Shown here one piece after another: positions 9,347 through 18,845 of a stretch of 64,000 bases of DNA (positions within the stretch are counted from its first letter, which is position 1; every line of letters begins with the position of its first letter). The position numbers and the translations under genes were made by a program. The notes under the pieces are model-generated. The model was not told where the DNA came from, did no database searches, and was given only the letters and a program-made list of their open reading frames with translations. Source of the DNA: Alphaproteobacteria bacterium (GTDB taxonomy: Bacteria; Pseudomonadota; Alphaproteobacteria; SP197); NCBI GenBank assembly GCA_965228895.1, contig OZ245842.1:5344001-5408000 (forward strand), given 5' to 3'.

Positions 9347-10552
9347 ATGGAAAAGGTTAACAAGGTTGTCCTCGCCTATTCGGGCGGGCTCGACACATCG
9401 GTCATTTTGCGTTGGTTGCAGGACACCTATGACTGCGAGGTCGTGACCTTCACCGCCGATCTCGGACAGGGCGAGGAGTTGGAACCGGCCCGCCAAAAGG
9501 CCGAGATGATGGGGATCAAGGAGATCTTCGTCGAAGATCTGCGCGAGGAGTTTGTGCGCGACTATGTCTTCCCGATGTTCCGCGCCAACGCGGTCTATGA
9601 AGGCGTCTATCTGCTCGGCACCTCGATCGCGCGCCCGCTGATCGCCAAGCGCCAAATCGAGATCGCCGCGGAAACCGGCGCCGATGCGGTTGCCCATGGC
9701 GCGACCGGCAAGGGCAACGATCAGGTTCGTTTCGAACTCAGCTACTACGCGCTTAACCCAGATATCAGCGTGATCGCGCCGTGGCGCGCCTGGGACCTGA
9801 CGTCACGCAATCGGCTGATCGAGTTCGCCGAAAAACATCAGATCCCGATCCCCAAGGACAAGCGCGGCGAGGCGCCGTTCTCCGTCGATGCCAACCTGCT
9901 GCACATTTCCGCCGAAGGCAAAATTCTGGAGGACCCGGCCGACGAGGCGCCGGAATACGTCTATTCGCGTACGGTCGCACCGGAAGACGCGCCGGATACC
10001 GCGCAGATCATCGAGATCGGTTTCGAGGCCGGCGATCCCGTTTCCGTTGATGGCCAGACGCTGTCGCCGGCGGCGCTGTTGACCAAGCTCAACGAGCTCG
10101 GCGGCGCCCATGGCATCGGCCGTCTCGACCTGGTCGAGAACCGGTTCGTCGGTATGAAGAGCCGCGGTATCTACGAAACGCCCGGCGGTACTGTCCTGGC
10201 CGTCGCGCATCGGGCCATCGAATCCATCACGCTCGATCGCGGCGCGGCGCACCTGAAGGACGAGCTGATGCCGCGCTATGCCGAGCTCATCTATAACGGT
10301 TTCTGGTTTTCGCCCGAGCGGCGCATGCTGCAGGCGCTGATCGACCGCAGCCAGGAAGGTGTCTCGGGTAGTGTGCGTCTGAAGCTCTACAAGGGCAGCG
10401 CGACCGTGGTCGGGCGCGAGTCACCGAACTCGCTCTATAGCCTGGAACACGTCACCTTCGAGGAAGACGCGGTCTATGACCAGCGTGACGCCGAAGGATT
10501 CATCAAACTCAACGCGCTGCGCCTGCGCCTCGATCGCCGCCGCCAGGGTTAG
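9347..10552 (+). CDS. argG: Argininosuccinate synthase
   Basis: [36 protein letters not shown]. Confidence 0.98.
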   Translation: MEKVNKVVLAYSGGLDTSVILRWLQDTYDCEVVTFTADLGQGEELEPARQKAEMMGIKEIFVEDLREEFVRDYVFPMFRANAVYEGVYLLGTSIARPLIAKRQIEIAAETGADAVAHGATGKGNDQVRFELSYYALNPDISVIAPWRAWDLTSRNRLIEFAEKHQIPIPKDKRGEAPFSVDANLLHISAEGKILEDPADEAPEYVYSRTVAPEDAPDTAQIIEIGFEAGDPVSVDGQTLSPAALLTKLNELGGAHGIGRLDLVENRFVGMKSRGIYETPGGTVLAVAHRAIESITLDRGAAHLKDELMPRYAELIYNGFWFSPERRMLQALIDRSQEGVSGSVRLKLYKGSATVVGRESPNSLYSLEHVTFEEDAVYDQRDAEGFIKLNALRLRLDRRRQG

Positions 10553-10554
10553 CG

Positions 10555-10977
10555 CTACGTCACCAGGCCGAGACCCTGGAAGAAGCGGTACTTGTCCCAG
10601 TCGACCCAGCTCTCGACGATCTTGCCGTCGGCGAACCGATCGATCTGAACGCCGGTCCAGGTGATCGTCTTGCCGGTCGGCGCGGCGCCCATGAACGCGC
10701 CCGTGTGCGTCGCGGTGAACGCCCAGCGTGTCGCAACCAGATCGCCTTCGGCAACCTGCATCAAGATGCGGGTCGATGCCGGCGACAGCTTGGCGATGTG
10801 GTTGGCGACCAGTGCTTTCCATCGCTCGAGATCGATCGCCTCGACTTGGCCCTCGATATGGGACTCCTGATGGTTGACGTAACCGGCGGCAAAGATGTCC
10901 TCGGCCTTGTCTGTGCTGTCGCTACCCCACAATCCGTTGGCACGGCGCGAAAGGGCCTTCATGTCGTCGAGCGTCAT
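10555..10977 (-). CDS. SnoaL-like ester cyclase family protein
   Basis: AEGDLVATRW..THTGAFMGAAPTGK..RFADGKIVESW; GGGGAAG RBS. Confidence 0.85.
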   Translation of the reverse strand: MTLDDMKALSRRANGLWGSDSTDKAEDIFAAGYVNHQESHIEGQVEAIDLERWKALVANHIAKLSPASTRILMQVAEGDLVATRWAFTATHTGAFMGAAPTGKTITWTGVQIDRFADGKIVESWVDWDKYRFFQGLGLVT

Positions 10978-11008
10978 CGATCTTCCCCCTATCGGTCGTA
11001 GCCGCCTG

Positions 11009-13093
11009 TCAAAGTCCCGTTGTGCAAGGCAGCGGCGGTTCGAAGTCGGCCGGGACCTGTTCCACGCGGAACGGCAGCATCGGTTTCTCCGGGGTGTCCA
11101 GACCACGTGCCCAGTCGTGGCCGGCGAAAACGGCTTCGGCGATCAGGCCTGGCGCCAGGCAGTCGCCGATACGGGTCAACGTGCGGATACCGGCGACCTC
11201 GAGCTTGACGCGGTCTGCGGCAAGGTCGGCATAAAGGCCGTCCTCGGCCGCACGCATGGCGACCATGACGACTGTCGCGGCCTCAAGACGCTGGGCGGGT
11301 TCGCCGAACACGCCGGCAATCGCGACGTCGTCATCGTCGATGGCGGCAATCGCGTGGCCAGCGACAATCGGAATGCCCAGCGCGACAAGTGTCGACTGCA
11401 CGCGGTGCTGGTCGAAGCCGTAGTCGCTCCAATGGGAGATGAGCGGCGCGGGGGTCACGATGGTGACATCATGGCCGGCATTGCGCAGCATTTCCGCGAT
11501 CGCCGGACCGACCGCGTAGCGATCGTCGTCATAGATCACGACCGGGCCGTTGACCGATGCGCCGGCCATCACGTCGCCTGCGGAGATGACGTGGGTTTTG
11601 TCCGCGCCTGGAATCGGCCGAACGTGATGATGGCCGACGCCGTCCTTGCGCCAGGTCGCACCGGTCGCGATGGCGACATGGGTGGCGCCGAACGCCAACA
11701 CATCGTCGGCTGACAGGTGACTGTCGAGATAGGTCTCGACACTGGCCATCGGCTGGATCTGGCCGACGCGCCAGTCGCGCACCCGTGCCCATTCGTTGAG
11801 CCGGGGCAGGCGCGCCAGCGCATTCAGATGACCGCCAAGCTCGGTGCCGGCATCCGCAAGCGCCACGGCATAACCGCGCTGGCCGGCGGCCCGTGCGGCC
11901 TCCAGACCGGCCGGACCGGCGCCGACCACCAGCACCTGGTCCGCCGCGCCCTTGGCCGGGATGACTTCAGGATGCCAACCACGACGCCACTCCTCGCCCA
12001 TGGTCGGGTTCTGGGTGCAGCGCAGCGGCGTATTCAGCGAGTGGGACGAGAGGCAAATGTTGCAGCCGATGCATTCGCGAATGTCGTCGGTGCGGCCCTC
12101 GCGGATCTTGTTGGGCAGGAACGGATCGGCGATCGAGGCGCGCGCGCAGCCGACCAGATCGACGATGCCTTTCTTCACCGCCGCCAGCATGGCGTCCGGG
12201 CTGGTATAGCGGCCGCAGCCGACGACCGGTTTCGTGGTCATCTGCTTGACGAAGGCGATGTGCGGTTCTTCCCAACCTTCCTTTTCGAAGCGCGACGTCG
12301 CCATATCATCGGGTCCGCCGGCGTTGACATCCCAGAGGTCCGGCACCTCGGCCAGCATCTCGACCACGGCGCGGCCGTCGTCGCCGGTGATGCCGTCGCC
12401 GTCGATCAGTTCGTCGACGCAGAAACGAATTGCGACCGCCGCCTTGCCGTCGGCGACCTCCATGGTCTCTTCCAAGACCTCGCGGGTCAGGCGCGCACGG
12501 TTCTCGACCGAACCGCCGTACTCGTCCGTGCGCTGGTTCACGCGCGGCGACAGGAAGTCGGTGAACAGCGTCAGGCTGTGGCCGACATAGACAAAGACGA
12601 TATCGAAACCGGCGGTGATCGCGCGTGTAACACCGTCGCGGTGCCAGCGCCGGAACGCCGCGATGTCGGTCTTGTCCATAACCTGGGCCTGGCCGTAATA
12701 GTCTTTCGGTAGGGTCGGGCGCGGGCTGGGCGAGATCACCGGCATGCGCGTCAGCCGGTTGTGGCCGAAGACGCCGGTGTGCATGGTTTCACAACCGGCC
12801 AACGCGCCATGTCTCTTGATCGCCTCGACGGTCAGCGCGTTCGCCTTGATGTCTTCGTCATGCCACAGGCGTGCGGCCGGACGCGGGCCGGGATCACCGG
12901 TCGGATGGATCGAACAGTATTCGGTATTGACGACACCCCAACCGCCCTCGGCCTTCATGCCGCGCAAGGCCGCAACCGTGTGCGGCCATGTGATGCCGGC
13001 GCCGGTGCAGTGGGGTGTCTGGTAAAAGCGGTTCTTCGCGGTGACCGGCCCGATCGTGACCGGTGTGAACAGAACCTCGTAACGCTCGTCCAT
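11009..13093 (-). CDS. Trimethylamine/histamine dehydrogenase-like Fe-S flavoenzyme
   Basis: KNRFYQTPHC (FMN-binding Cys), KAEGGWGVVNTE, YVGH, ECIGCNICLS..CTQNPTMGEEWRRGWHPE, GAGPAGLEAA. Confidence 0.88.
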   Translation of the reverse strand: MDERYEVLFTPVTIGPVTAKNRFYQTPHCTGAGITWPHTVAALRGMKAEGGWGVVNTEYCSIHPTGDPGPRPAARLWHDEDIKANALTVEAIKRHGALAGCETMHTGVFGHNRLTRMPVISPSPRPTLPKDYYGQAQVMDKTDIAAFRRWHRDGVTRAITAGFDIVFVYVGHSLTLFTDFLSPRVNQRTDEYGGSVENRARLTREVLEETMEVADGKAAVAIRFCVDELIDGDGITGDDGRAVVEMLAEVPDLWDVNAGGPDDMATSRFEKEGWEEPHIAFVKQMTTKPVVGCGRYTSPDAMLAAVKKGIVDLVGCARASIADPFLPNKIREGRTDDIRECIGCNICLSSHSLNTPLRCTQNPTMGEEWRRGWHPEVIPAKGAADQVLVVGAGPAGLEAARAAGQRGYAVALADAGTELGGHLNALARLPRLNEWARVRDWRVGQIQPMASVETYLDSHLSADDVLAFGATHVAIATGATWRKDGVGHHHVRPIPGADKTHVISAGDVMAGASVNGPVVIYDDDRYAVGPAIAEMLRNAGHDVTIVTPAPLISHWSDYGFDQHRVQSTLVALGIPIVAGHAIAAIDDDDVAIAGVFGEPAQRLEAATVVMVAMRAAEDGLYADLAADRVKLEVAGIRTLTRIGDCLAPGLIAEAVFAGHDWARGLDTPEKPMLPFRVEQVPADFEPPLPCTTGL

Positions 13094-13361
13094 GGCCCTG
13101 TCTCCGCCTAGTTCGCGCAAGAACGTCTGTTAGGCGCAATCTTGCACGGCGTTTATCAGACTCAAACGCAATTCAAACCAGAGCGACTTGAAACTGGTTG
13201 CTTTCGTTGACCTATACTCCCGCAATGCGCAAAAACCGCCTATCGTACTAGTAGGTAAACTACCGCAGCGGTTGCTGATCGGGAGGTGCCTATTGGGGTG
13301 GCAATGGCCAAGTCCTCCAGCTCATCGTCAATACATGTGCGTGAAGAAGCGGAGCCGGTGA

Positions 13362-14111
13362 ATGAAGATTGCAGGACTGACCAAAGTGACTTTTTCGTCG
13401 GTCTTAGCGGCTTTGCTTCTATGTCCAACCGCGGCAAGTTCCGAAAAACTCAGGTTCAACAAGCCGGAGAAGTCTGCGGTAGTTAACATACTACTGGGAA
13501 AGAATCTCCCTGGTGAGGTTCACTTGGATTGGATGATTCGTTGGCAAGAAGTTATGCCAGTATTTCATATCGTATCGGACGAGAGTGGATTTGCGAGTGA
13601 TTACCTTGAGGAATTCGTCTCAGAAGTTCAGATGCACGAGGCTCTAGGAGCGACTATTTCGAACCAGAAGGTAAACGTATTGTTGGTAGTTTCAGAAGAT
13701 ATTGTGGCGGCCGCTCGTGAGCATAGGGAAGTGTTCTCTATGTTTTTTGTTGGTGACACTGAAGCAGAGCGGCTCGCAAGGGCCGATGAGTTCATTGAAC
13801 TTCAGTCGAATGAGAATGGATTCATGCAGATAGGCTTCGGCTCGGCGGAAGAGGGCATAGCAGGCGCAATGATGTTTCTTAAGTCGAGTGAAAATGCCTA
13901 TGCGGTTCGCTCAAGAATAGCCGCATTCTGCATGCGGGCACTCGGATTTCTTGGATCTTCGAACCCGGGTGTCCCGAGCGTTCTATCTAAAGTTCAGCCT
14001 ACCGACTGGCTGTCAGACTTTGATCTTCGACTGATCGAGTTCGTTTATGCTGGTAATGTAAACTCGGGTGACGGTGCCGAAGAGATACTGGAAGCACTAG
14101 GCGGCTACTAG
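13362..14111 (+). CDS. Hypothetical exported protein, lower GC (possibly distant DUF2927-like)
   Basis: 249-aa ORF with signal-peptide-like N-terminus in an AT-richer stretch. Confidence 0.55.
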   Translation: MKIAGLTKVTFSSVLAALLLCPTAASSEKLRFNKPEKSAVVNILLGKNLPGEVHLDWMIRWQEVMPVFHIVSDESGFASDYLEEFVSEVQMHEALGATISNQKVNVLLVVSEDIVAAAREHREVFSMFFVGDTEAERLARADEFIELQSNENGFMQIGFGSAEEGIAGAMMFLKSSENAYAVRSRIAAFCMRALGFLGSSNPGVPSVLSKVQPTDWLSDFDLRLIEFVYAGNVNSGDGAEEILEALGGY

Positions 14112-14135
14112 GTGCAGCCGCAAGCAGGTTCAGCG

Positions 14136-14780
14136 CTAGTAGTCGAGCCGGTCTTTGAGGTCGGAGAAGTCCAGCATGATGTGTTCGCGATAGGCCGGGC
14201 GTTCGCAAAGGCGTGCGTACCAAGCCTCAACCGCGGGAAGCTGCGGTCGCTCGATATCCAGCGCGAAGTAGCGGTAGAGCGACGTCGCTGCTGGAATGTC
14301 GGCCAGTGTCAGGTCGTCGTCGCCGAGGTAGGCTTTGTCTGCCAGTTGATCGTCGAGCAGGCGGTAACAGGCGGTGCAGCGCGCCATGGCGTCGGCGATG
14401 AAGGCGGCGTCGCGCCGGTCCTCCGGTGTCCGGTAGTAGCCCCAGAAGAGATCCATGAAGTCGGGCTCCAGGCGGGTGTGGCCCCAGTCCATCCAGCGTT
14501 CGATCTCGGACCGGCGTGCCGGATCGTCCGCCCAGAAGGTTCCATCGCCATGACGCGCGCCTAGATAGCGCAGAATGGTGTGGGATTCCCAAACGATCGT
14601 GCCGTCGTCGTCGATCACCGGAATGCGCCCGGTCGGGTTCATCGCCAGGAAGTCCGGGGTGTCGAGGCCGCCTGCCGCGCCGCCTGCATCGATATGTTGA
14701 TGGTCCAGGCCCAGTTCGCCGATCAGCCACAGAACCTTTTGGACGTTAAACGCGCTGCGCCGACCCCAGATCGTCAACAT
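14136..14780 (-). CDS. Glutathione S-transferase
   Basis: WGRRSAFNVQKVLW, MNPTGRIP, WESHTILRYL, TLADI. Confidence 0.93.
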   Translation of the reverse strand: MLTIWGRRSAFNVQKVLWLIGELGLDHQHIDAGGAAGGLDTPDFLAMNPTGRIPVIDDDGTIVWESHTILRYLGARHGDGTFWADDPARRSEIERWMDWGHTRLEPDFMDLFWGYYRTPEDRRDAAFIADAMARCTACYRLLDDQLADKAYLGDDDLTLADIPAATSLYRYFALDIERPQLPAVEAWYARLCERPAYREHIMLDFSDLKDRLDY

Positions 14781-14980
14781 GGCTCATGATCTCCTTCGCG
14801 TCGGTTTGTGAAGCAGATTTCATGTTGGTTGAAGCAACGTGCGATGAAATCAAGATGGCTAAATCCGCGTGGTGTCGCAAACCTATAACTGGTTTACCGT
14901 CTTGGCGAGTTGCATGGCGATTGTTGCGACCGATCCGGCACGGGTCGGGCCGTGGCGCCACAACAAGACCGGGAGTATCT

Positions 14981-15577
14981 ATGACGACGTCTTGGGACGA
15001 ACACGCCACAGACTGGGAGCAACAGGAAGCCGTCCGTTTCTACGCGGATCAGGCGTTCGCGTCGTTACTCAGGCATGTCGTGGCCGGTGACGATGATTGT
15101 CGACGCAAGAACGTCCTGGACTTTGGCTGCGGCACAGGCCTTCTCACCGAAAAACTGGCGCCTATGGTCGCCCACGTTGTCGCCGTCGATACGTCGTCAA
15201 GCATGATCGATGTCTTGCGCGACAAGGCGATTGGCAATGTCAGTGCGGTGTGCGTGGATGTGGACGATCCCGCCGTGCGCTCGTCCGTGCCTTGGTTCGA
15301 AGACCTTGACCTTATTGTCGCGTCGTCGGTATGCGGGTTCTTACCCGACTACGAACGGACGCTTGCGATCTTGGCGGGGGCGTTGGGTGATTCCGGCCTG
15401 TTTGTGCAGTGGGACTGGTTGGCCGCAGCCGACGATGACGACGGTATGACGGTCGAGAGAGTGTCGAAGGCGTTCGACGATGTGGGCCTGACGTGCGTTT
15501 ACCTTGACGAGGCGTTTGCGATCACGCTCGACGGCCGGTCGATGCCGGTCTTGATGGGCGTCGCATCAGCGACGTGA
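14981..15577 (+). CDS. Class I SAM-dependent methyltransferase
   Basis: VLDFGCGTG motif I; GGGAG RBS before ATG 14981. Confidence 0.85.
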   Translation: MTTSWDEHATDWEQQEAVRFYADQAFASLLRHVVAGDDDCRRKNVLDFGCGTGLLTEKLAPMVAHVVAVDTSSSMIDVLRDKAIGNVSAVCVDVDDPAVRSSVPWFEDLDLIVASSVCGFLPDYERTLAILAGALGDSGLFVQWDWLAAADDDDGMTVERVSKAFDDVGLTCVYLDEAFAITLDGRSMPVLMGVASAT

Positions 15578-15614
15578 TGTGACGTCAGCGGATCTTGATC
15601 CATGCGCGCAGAAC

Positions 15615-16310
15615 TCAATGCGGTATCGGATTGACGCCGATGACAAGCTGATGGAACGAGACCAGCGCGACATAGGCGATCACCGCCAGCAGCACACGCC
15701 ACAAACCGATCTCGCGCCACACGAACTTGTTACGCCCGGCGATGATGGCAACGAAGGGCACGAAACTCGTGGACTGTTCGAAGCCGTCCCAGCTGCGCCC
15801 GAGCTGTTGGCGTTTGCGTGACTCCTGGCTCGCCGCGCCGGCAAAGGCGAGCAGGGCCAGGGCGCCGAAGAAGATCACCGAGGCGAGGTCGCCGTTGGAG
15901 ATCAGGTGCGCGATGGCCCATAACCCGATGCCCCAGAAAATCGGGTGGCGGGTGATGCGAAGAATGCCGGTGACGGTGTCGGGCTCGGAAAACAACCGCT
16001 CGGCCTGAACCGCGGTCGGGTTCGGCGTGGCGAACCCCAGAATGGCGAACAGCACGGCAAAGATCATGATCAGCCACGTCACCATCTTCATCCATGGCGC
16101 GGCGAACCAGAGTTCCTGATAGGGCGCGTCGGCATAGGCCCAGGCGAACCAGACGAGCGTTGCCAGGGCAAGACCGGAAAACAGGCCGAGATAGCCGGCC
16201 TCGGTCAACCAGCGCGACAAAAGGCCGCGCAACGGCGTTCCCGACAACAAAAAGTGGCTGCCCACAAAGGCGATCGCCGCAACGATCAGCCAAACCATGG
16301 TCCCGGTCAT
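15615..16310 (-). CDS. NnrU family membrane protein
   Basis: GILRITRHPIFWG..WAIAHLISNGD, TSFVPF. Confidence 0.88.
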   Translation of the reverse strand: MTGTMVWLIVAAIAFVGSHFLLSGTPLRGLLSRWLTEAGYLGLFSGLALATLVWFAWAYADAPYQELWFAAPWMKMVTWLIMIFAVLFAILGFATPNPTAVQAERLFSEPDTVTGILRITRHPIFWGIGLWAIAHLISNGDLASVIFFGALALLAFAGAASQESRKRQQLGRSWDGFEQSTSFVPFVAIIAGRNKFVWREIGLWRVLLAVIAYVALVSFHQLVIGVNPIPH

Positions 16311-16422
16311 GCATCTCCCCTGATGATGGCATGTGGCCGCAGTCGTCCTTGAGGGCCAGCGGCCAGCCCCACTTGATCATATGGGTAGGCTTCTCGCTCC
16401 TGCCAGATTCGACAGGTGCGAT

Positions 16423-17310
16423 TTAGCCCTCCGGCACGTCGACACCGTGCTGGCGGCACGCGGCGGTCAGCGTGTTGACCAAGAGGCAAGCGATGGTCAT
16501 CGGCCCGACGCCGCCGGGGACCGGCGTGATGGCGCCGGCGACCTTGACCGCCTCGGCGAAGTCGACATCGCCGACCAGCTTCATCTTGCCGTCGCGCTCG
16601 ATCCGGTTGATGCCGACATCGATGACCGTCGCGCCGGGCTTGATCCAGTCGCCCTTGACCATCTCCGGCCGACCGACGGCGGCGACCACGACATCGGCGC
16701 CGCGCACCACGCCCGGCAGGTCGCGGGTGCGCGAATGGGCGATGGTGACCGTGCAGTTGTCCTGCAGCAGAAGCTGCGCCATCGGCTTGCCGACGATGTT
16801 GGAACGACCCAGGACGACCGCGTTCGATCCCGAAAGCTGGTCGCCCAGTTCGGCGCGCAGCATCATCTGACAGCCCAGCGGCGTGCACGGCACCATGGCG
16901 TCCTGGCCGGTCGACAGCAGGCCGGTATTGATGACATGGAAACCGTCGACATCCTTGGCCGGGTCGATCGCGTTGATGATGGCGGCCTCGTCGACCTGAT
17001 CGGGCAGGGGAAGCTGCACCAGGATGGCATTCACCCGGTCGTCGGCGTTGAGCTCCTCGACCTTGGCCAGGACCTCGTCGTGGCTTGCCGTATCGGGCAT
17101 GCGAAACTCGAAGCTCTCCATGCCCGCTTCGACGGTCGCCTTGCCCTTGCTGCGGACATAGACCTGGCTGGCCGGGTCTTCGCCGACCAGAACGACGGCC
17201 AGGCCGGGCTTGATGCCGTGGGCCTGGGTCAGGGCGGCAACCTGGCGGCCGACCTTTTCGCGTACGCCGGCGGCAAATGCCTTGCCGTCGATAATCTTTG
17301 CCTCACTCAT
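16423..17310 (-). CDS. folD: Bifunctional methylenetetrahydrofolate dehydrogenase/cyclohydrolase
   Basis: [45 protein letters not shown]. Confidence 0.98.
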   Translation of the reverse strand: MSEAKIIDGKAFAAGVREKVGRQVAALTQAHGIKPGLAVVLVGEDPASQVYVRSKGKATVEAGMESFEFRMPDTASHDEVLAKVEELNADDRVNAILVQLPLPDQVDEAAIINAIDPAKDVDGFHVINTGLLSTGQDAMVPCTPLGCQMMLRAELGDQLSGSNAVVLGRSNIVGKPMAQLLLQDNCTVTIAHSRTRDLPGVVRGADVVVAAVGRPEMVKGDWIKPGATVIDVGINRIERDGKMKLVGDVDFAEAVKVAGAITPVPGGVGPMTIACLLVNTLTAACRQHGVDVPEG

Positions 17311-17641
17311 GGAATGCCCCCAGCCAGGATTTCAGGTGTTCGATGGTGGTGGGATCGCCGTCGATGGCGACGATCTTGTTGCGGTCCTTCAGGCCGCCCA
17401 CGACCGATAGATCGCAGGGCGGCAGATGCATGGCCTTGGCCAGGAGTTTGACCAGGGCGCGATTGGCCTTGCCGCCTTCCGGCGGCTCGTTCACGCGCAC
17501 TCTTAGGTAAGCGCGACCCCCGGCGTCAAGGCCGATGCCGTCGATGGCGGCGCGCGACGCCTTGGGCTGAAGCCTGACAGCCAGTCGGGCGCCGTTGGGT
17601 CCTGCTGTCAGCGGTGAGGCGGCTTGCGGGCGACCGGTCAG
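17303..17641 (-). CDS. DUF167 (YggU) family protein, probable CTG start
   Basis: [41 protein letters not shown]; frame extends past the called GTG (17500) to a CTG overlapping the yggT stop. Confidence 0.8.
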   Translation of the reverse strand: MTGRPQAASPLTAGPNGARLAVRLQPKASRAAIDGIGLDAGGRAYLRVRVNEPPEGGKANRALVKLLAKAMHLPPCDLSVVGGLKDRNKIVAIDGDPTTIEHLKSWLGAFHE

Positions 17642-17925
17642 GCGTAGGGTCCGAGAACGCGGAAGATGACCTTCTCGATGAAGATCAGTGCGATGATCGC
17701 CACGATCGGCGAAAAATCGATGCCGCCGAAACTGGGCAGAATGCGCCGGATCGGCCCGAGGACGGGCTCGGTCAGGCGATAGAGCACCAGGCCGATCTGA
17801 TTAACGATCTGATTCTGGGTATTGACCATCTTGAACGTCACCAGCCAGCTCAAGACCACCTGGGCGATCAGGATCCAAATGTAGATGGTGATCACCGTGT
17901 TTATCAGCCAGAGAACCGGTTCCAT
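17638..17925 (-). CDS. YggT family membrane protein
   Basis: VLSWLV..LTEPVLGPIRRILPSFGGIDFSPIV. Confidence 0.93.
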   Translation of the reverse strand: MEPVLWLINTVITIYIWILIAQVVLSWLVTFKMVNTQNQIVNQIGLVLYRLTEPVLGPIRRILPSFGGIDFSPIVAIIALIFIEKVIFRVLGPYA

Positions 17926-18030
17926 ATGACCTCAAGTAACAATGGTTGAAGATCGAAGGCGCAATGCTCGTCGCGCGTTCGATGTACCTATGCAACAATT
18001 CTAAAGCAAGCGCCGCCGCCGGTCAGCCCT

Positions 18031-18167
18031 TAGAGCAGCACCAGTTTTGTTGGCATCGTCGCGCGATACCAACAAAACTGGTGCTGCTCTACTCAAGAGA
18101 TAGAGCGCGGATTCACGTCATTGGGCGGATCCGTTCAACGGCTCCGCCCAATGACGACCCGCTCCGG
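18031..18167 (-). repeat. CIR/RIME-like double-hairpin intergenic repeat, copy 1
   Basis: Hairpins 18031-18091 (tagagcag..ctgctcta) and 18101-18167; the second is homologous in reverse orientation to 40938-41001; contains GANTC. Confidence 0.8.
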
Positions 18168-18210
18168 GCATGGCCGAAAGATTGGATCGATAGGCAGGAG
18201 AGACAAGATC

Positions 18211-18645
18211 ATGACACAAACGCGGCATTGCTTTGAGGGCTCCTGCCATTGCGGCCGGGTCAGCGTCGGGTTCGAAACCGCCAAGGCGCCGGACACACTG
18301 GATGTCAGGACCTGCCAGTGCGCTTTCTGCCGCCGCCACGGCGCCCGTGCGGTGTCCGATCCCGAGGGCTCGCTGACTGTCACGACCGCGGCCGGCCGCG
18401 AGGCCAAAGCCTACCGTTTCGGGCTTGGTGTTACCGACTTTTTAATCTGTCCGGACTGCGGCTGCTATGTCGCGGCAACCATGACCGAAGGCGACAAGGC
18501 CTACGGCATCGTGAACATCCGCATGTTGGCCGATGAGGCGGTCTTTTCGGCGGCCGAGACACCACGGGTCTATGATGCGGAGGATGCAGAAGCCCGTCTG
18601 GCGCGGCGCCGCGCGGCCTGGACGCCGGTGACCGCGGGCGAATAG
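18211..18645 (+). CDS. GFA/CENP-V family Zn-binding protein
   Basis: GSCHCG, CQCAFCRRHG, CPDCG. Confidence 0.9.
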   Translation: MTQTRHCFEGSCHCGRVSVGFETAKAPDTLDVRTCQCAFCRRHGARAVSDPEGSLTVTTAAGREAKAYRFGLGVTDFLICPDCGCYVAATMTEGDKAYGIVNIRMLADEAVFSAAETPRVYDAEDAEARLARRRAAWTPVTAGE

Positions 18646-18661
18646 GCAACCGCCGCCGCGC

Positions 18662-18690
18662 TTGACAGGGTCAAGACCGGCTCTTACATG
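18662..18690 (+). promoter_or_regulatory. Sigma70 promoter of tRNA-Ala
   Basis: TTGACA-N17-TACATG about 30 nt upstream of the tRNA. Confidence 0.65.
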
Positions 18691-18719
18691 GTCGCCACTT
18701 CGACGGATCTGGCCGGAAC

Positions 18720-18795
<76 letters not shown>

Positions 18796-18845
18796 GATCC
18801 TGTCGTGTCGTTGATTTCAGTTTCTTAAGAGCCGCTGCGAACAGT

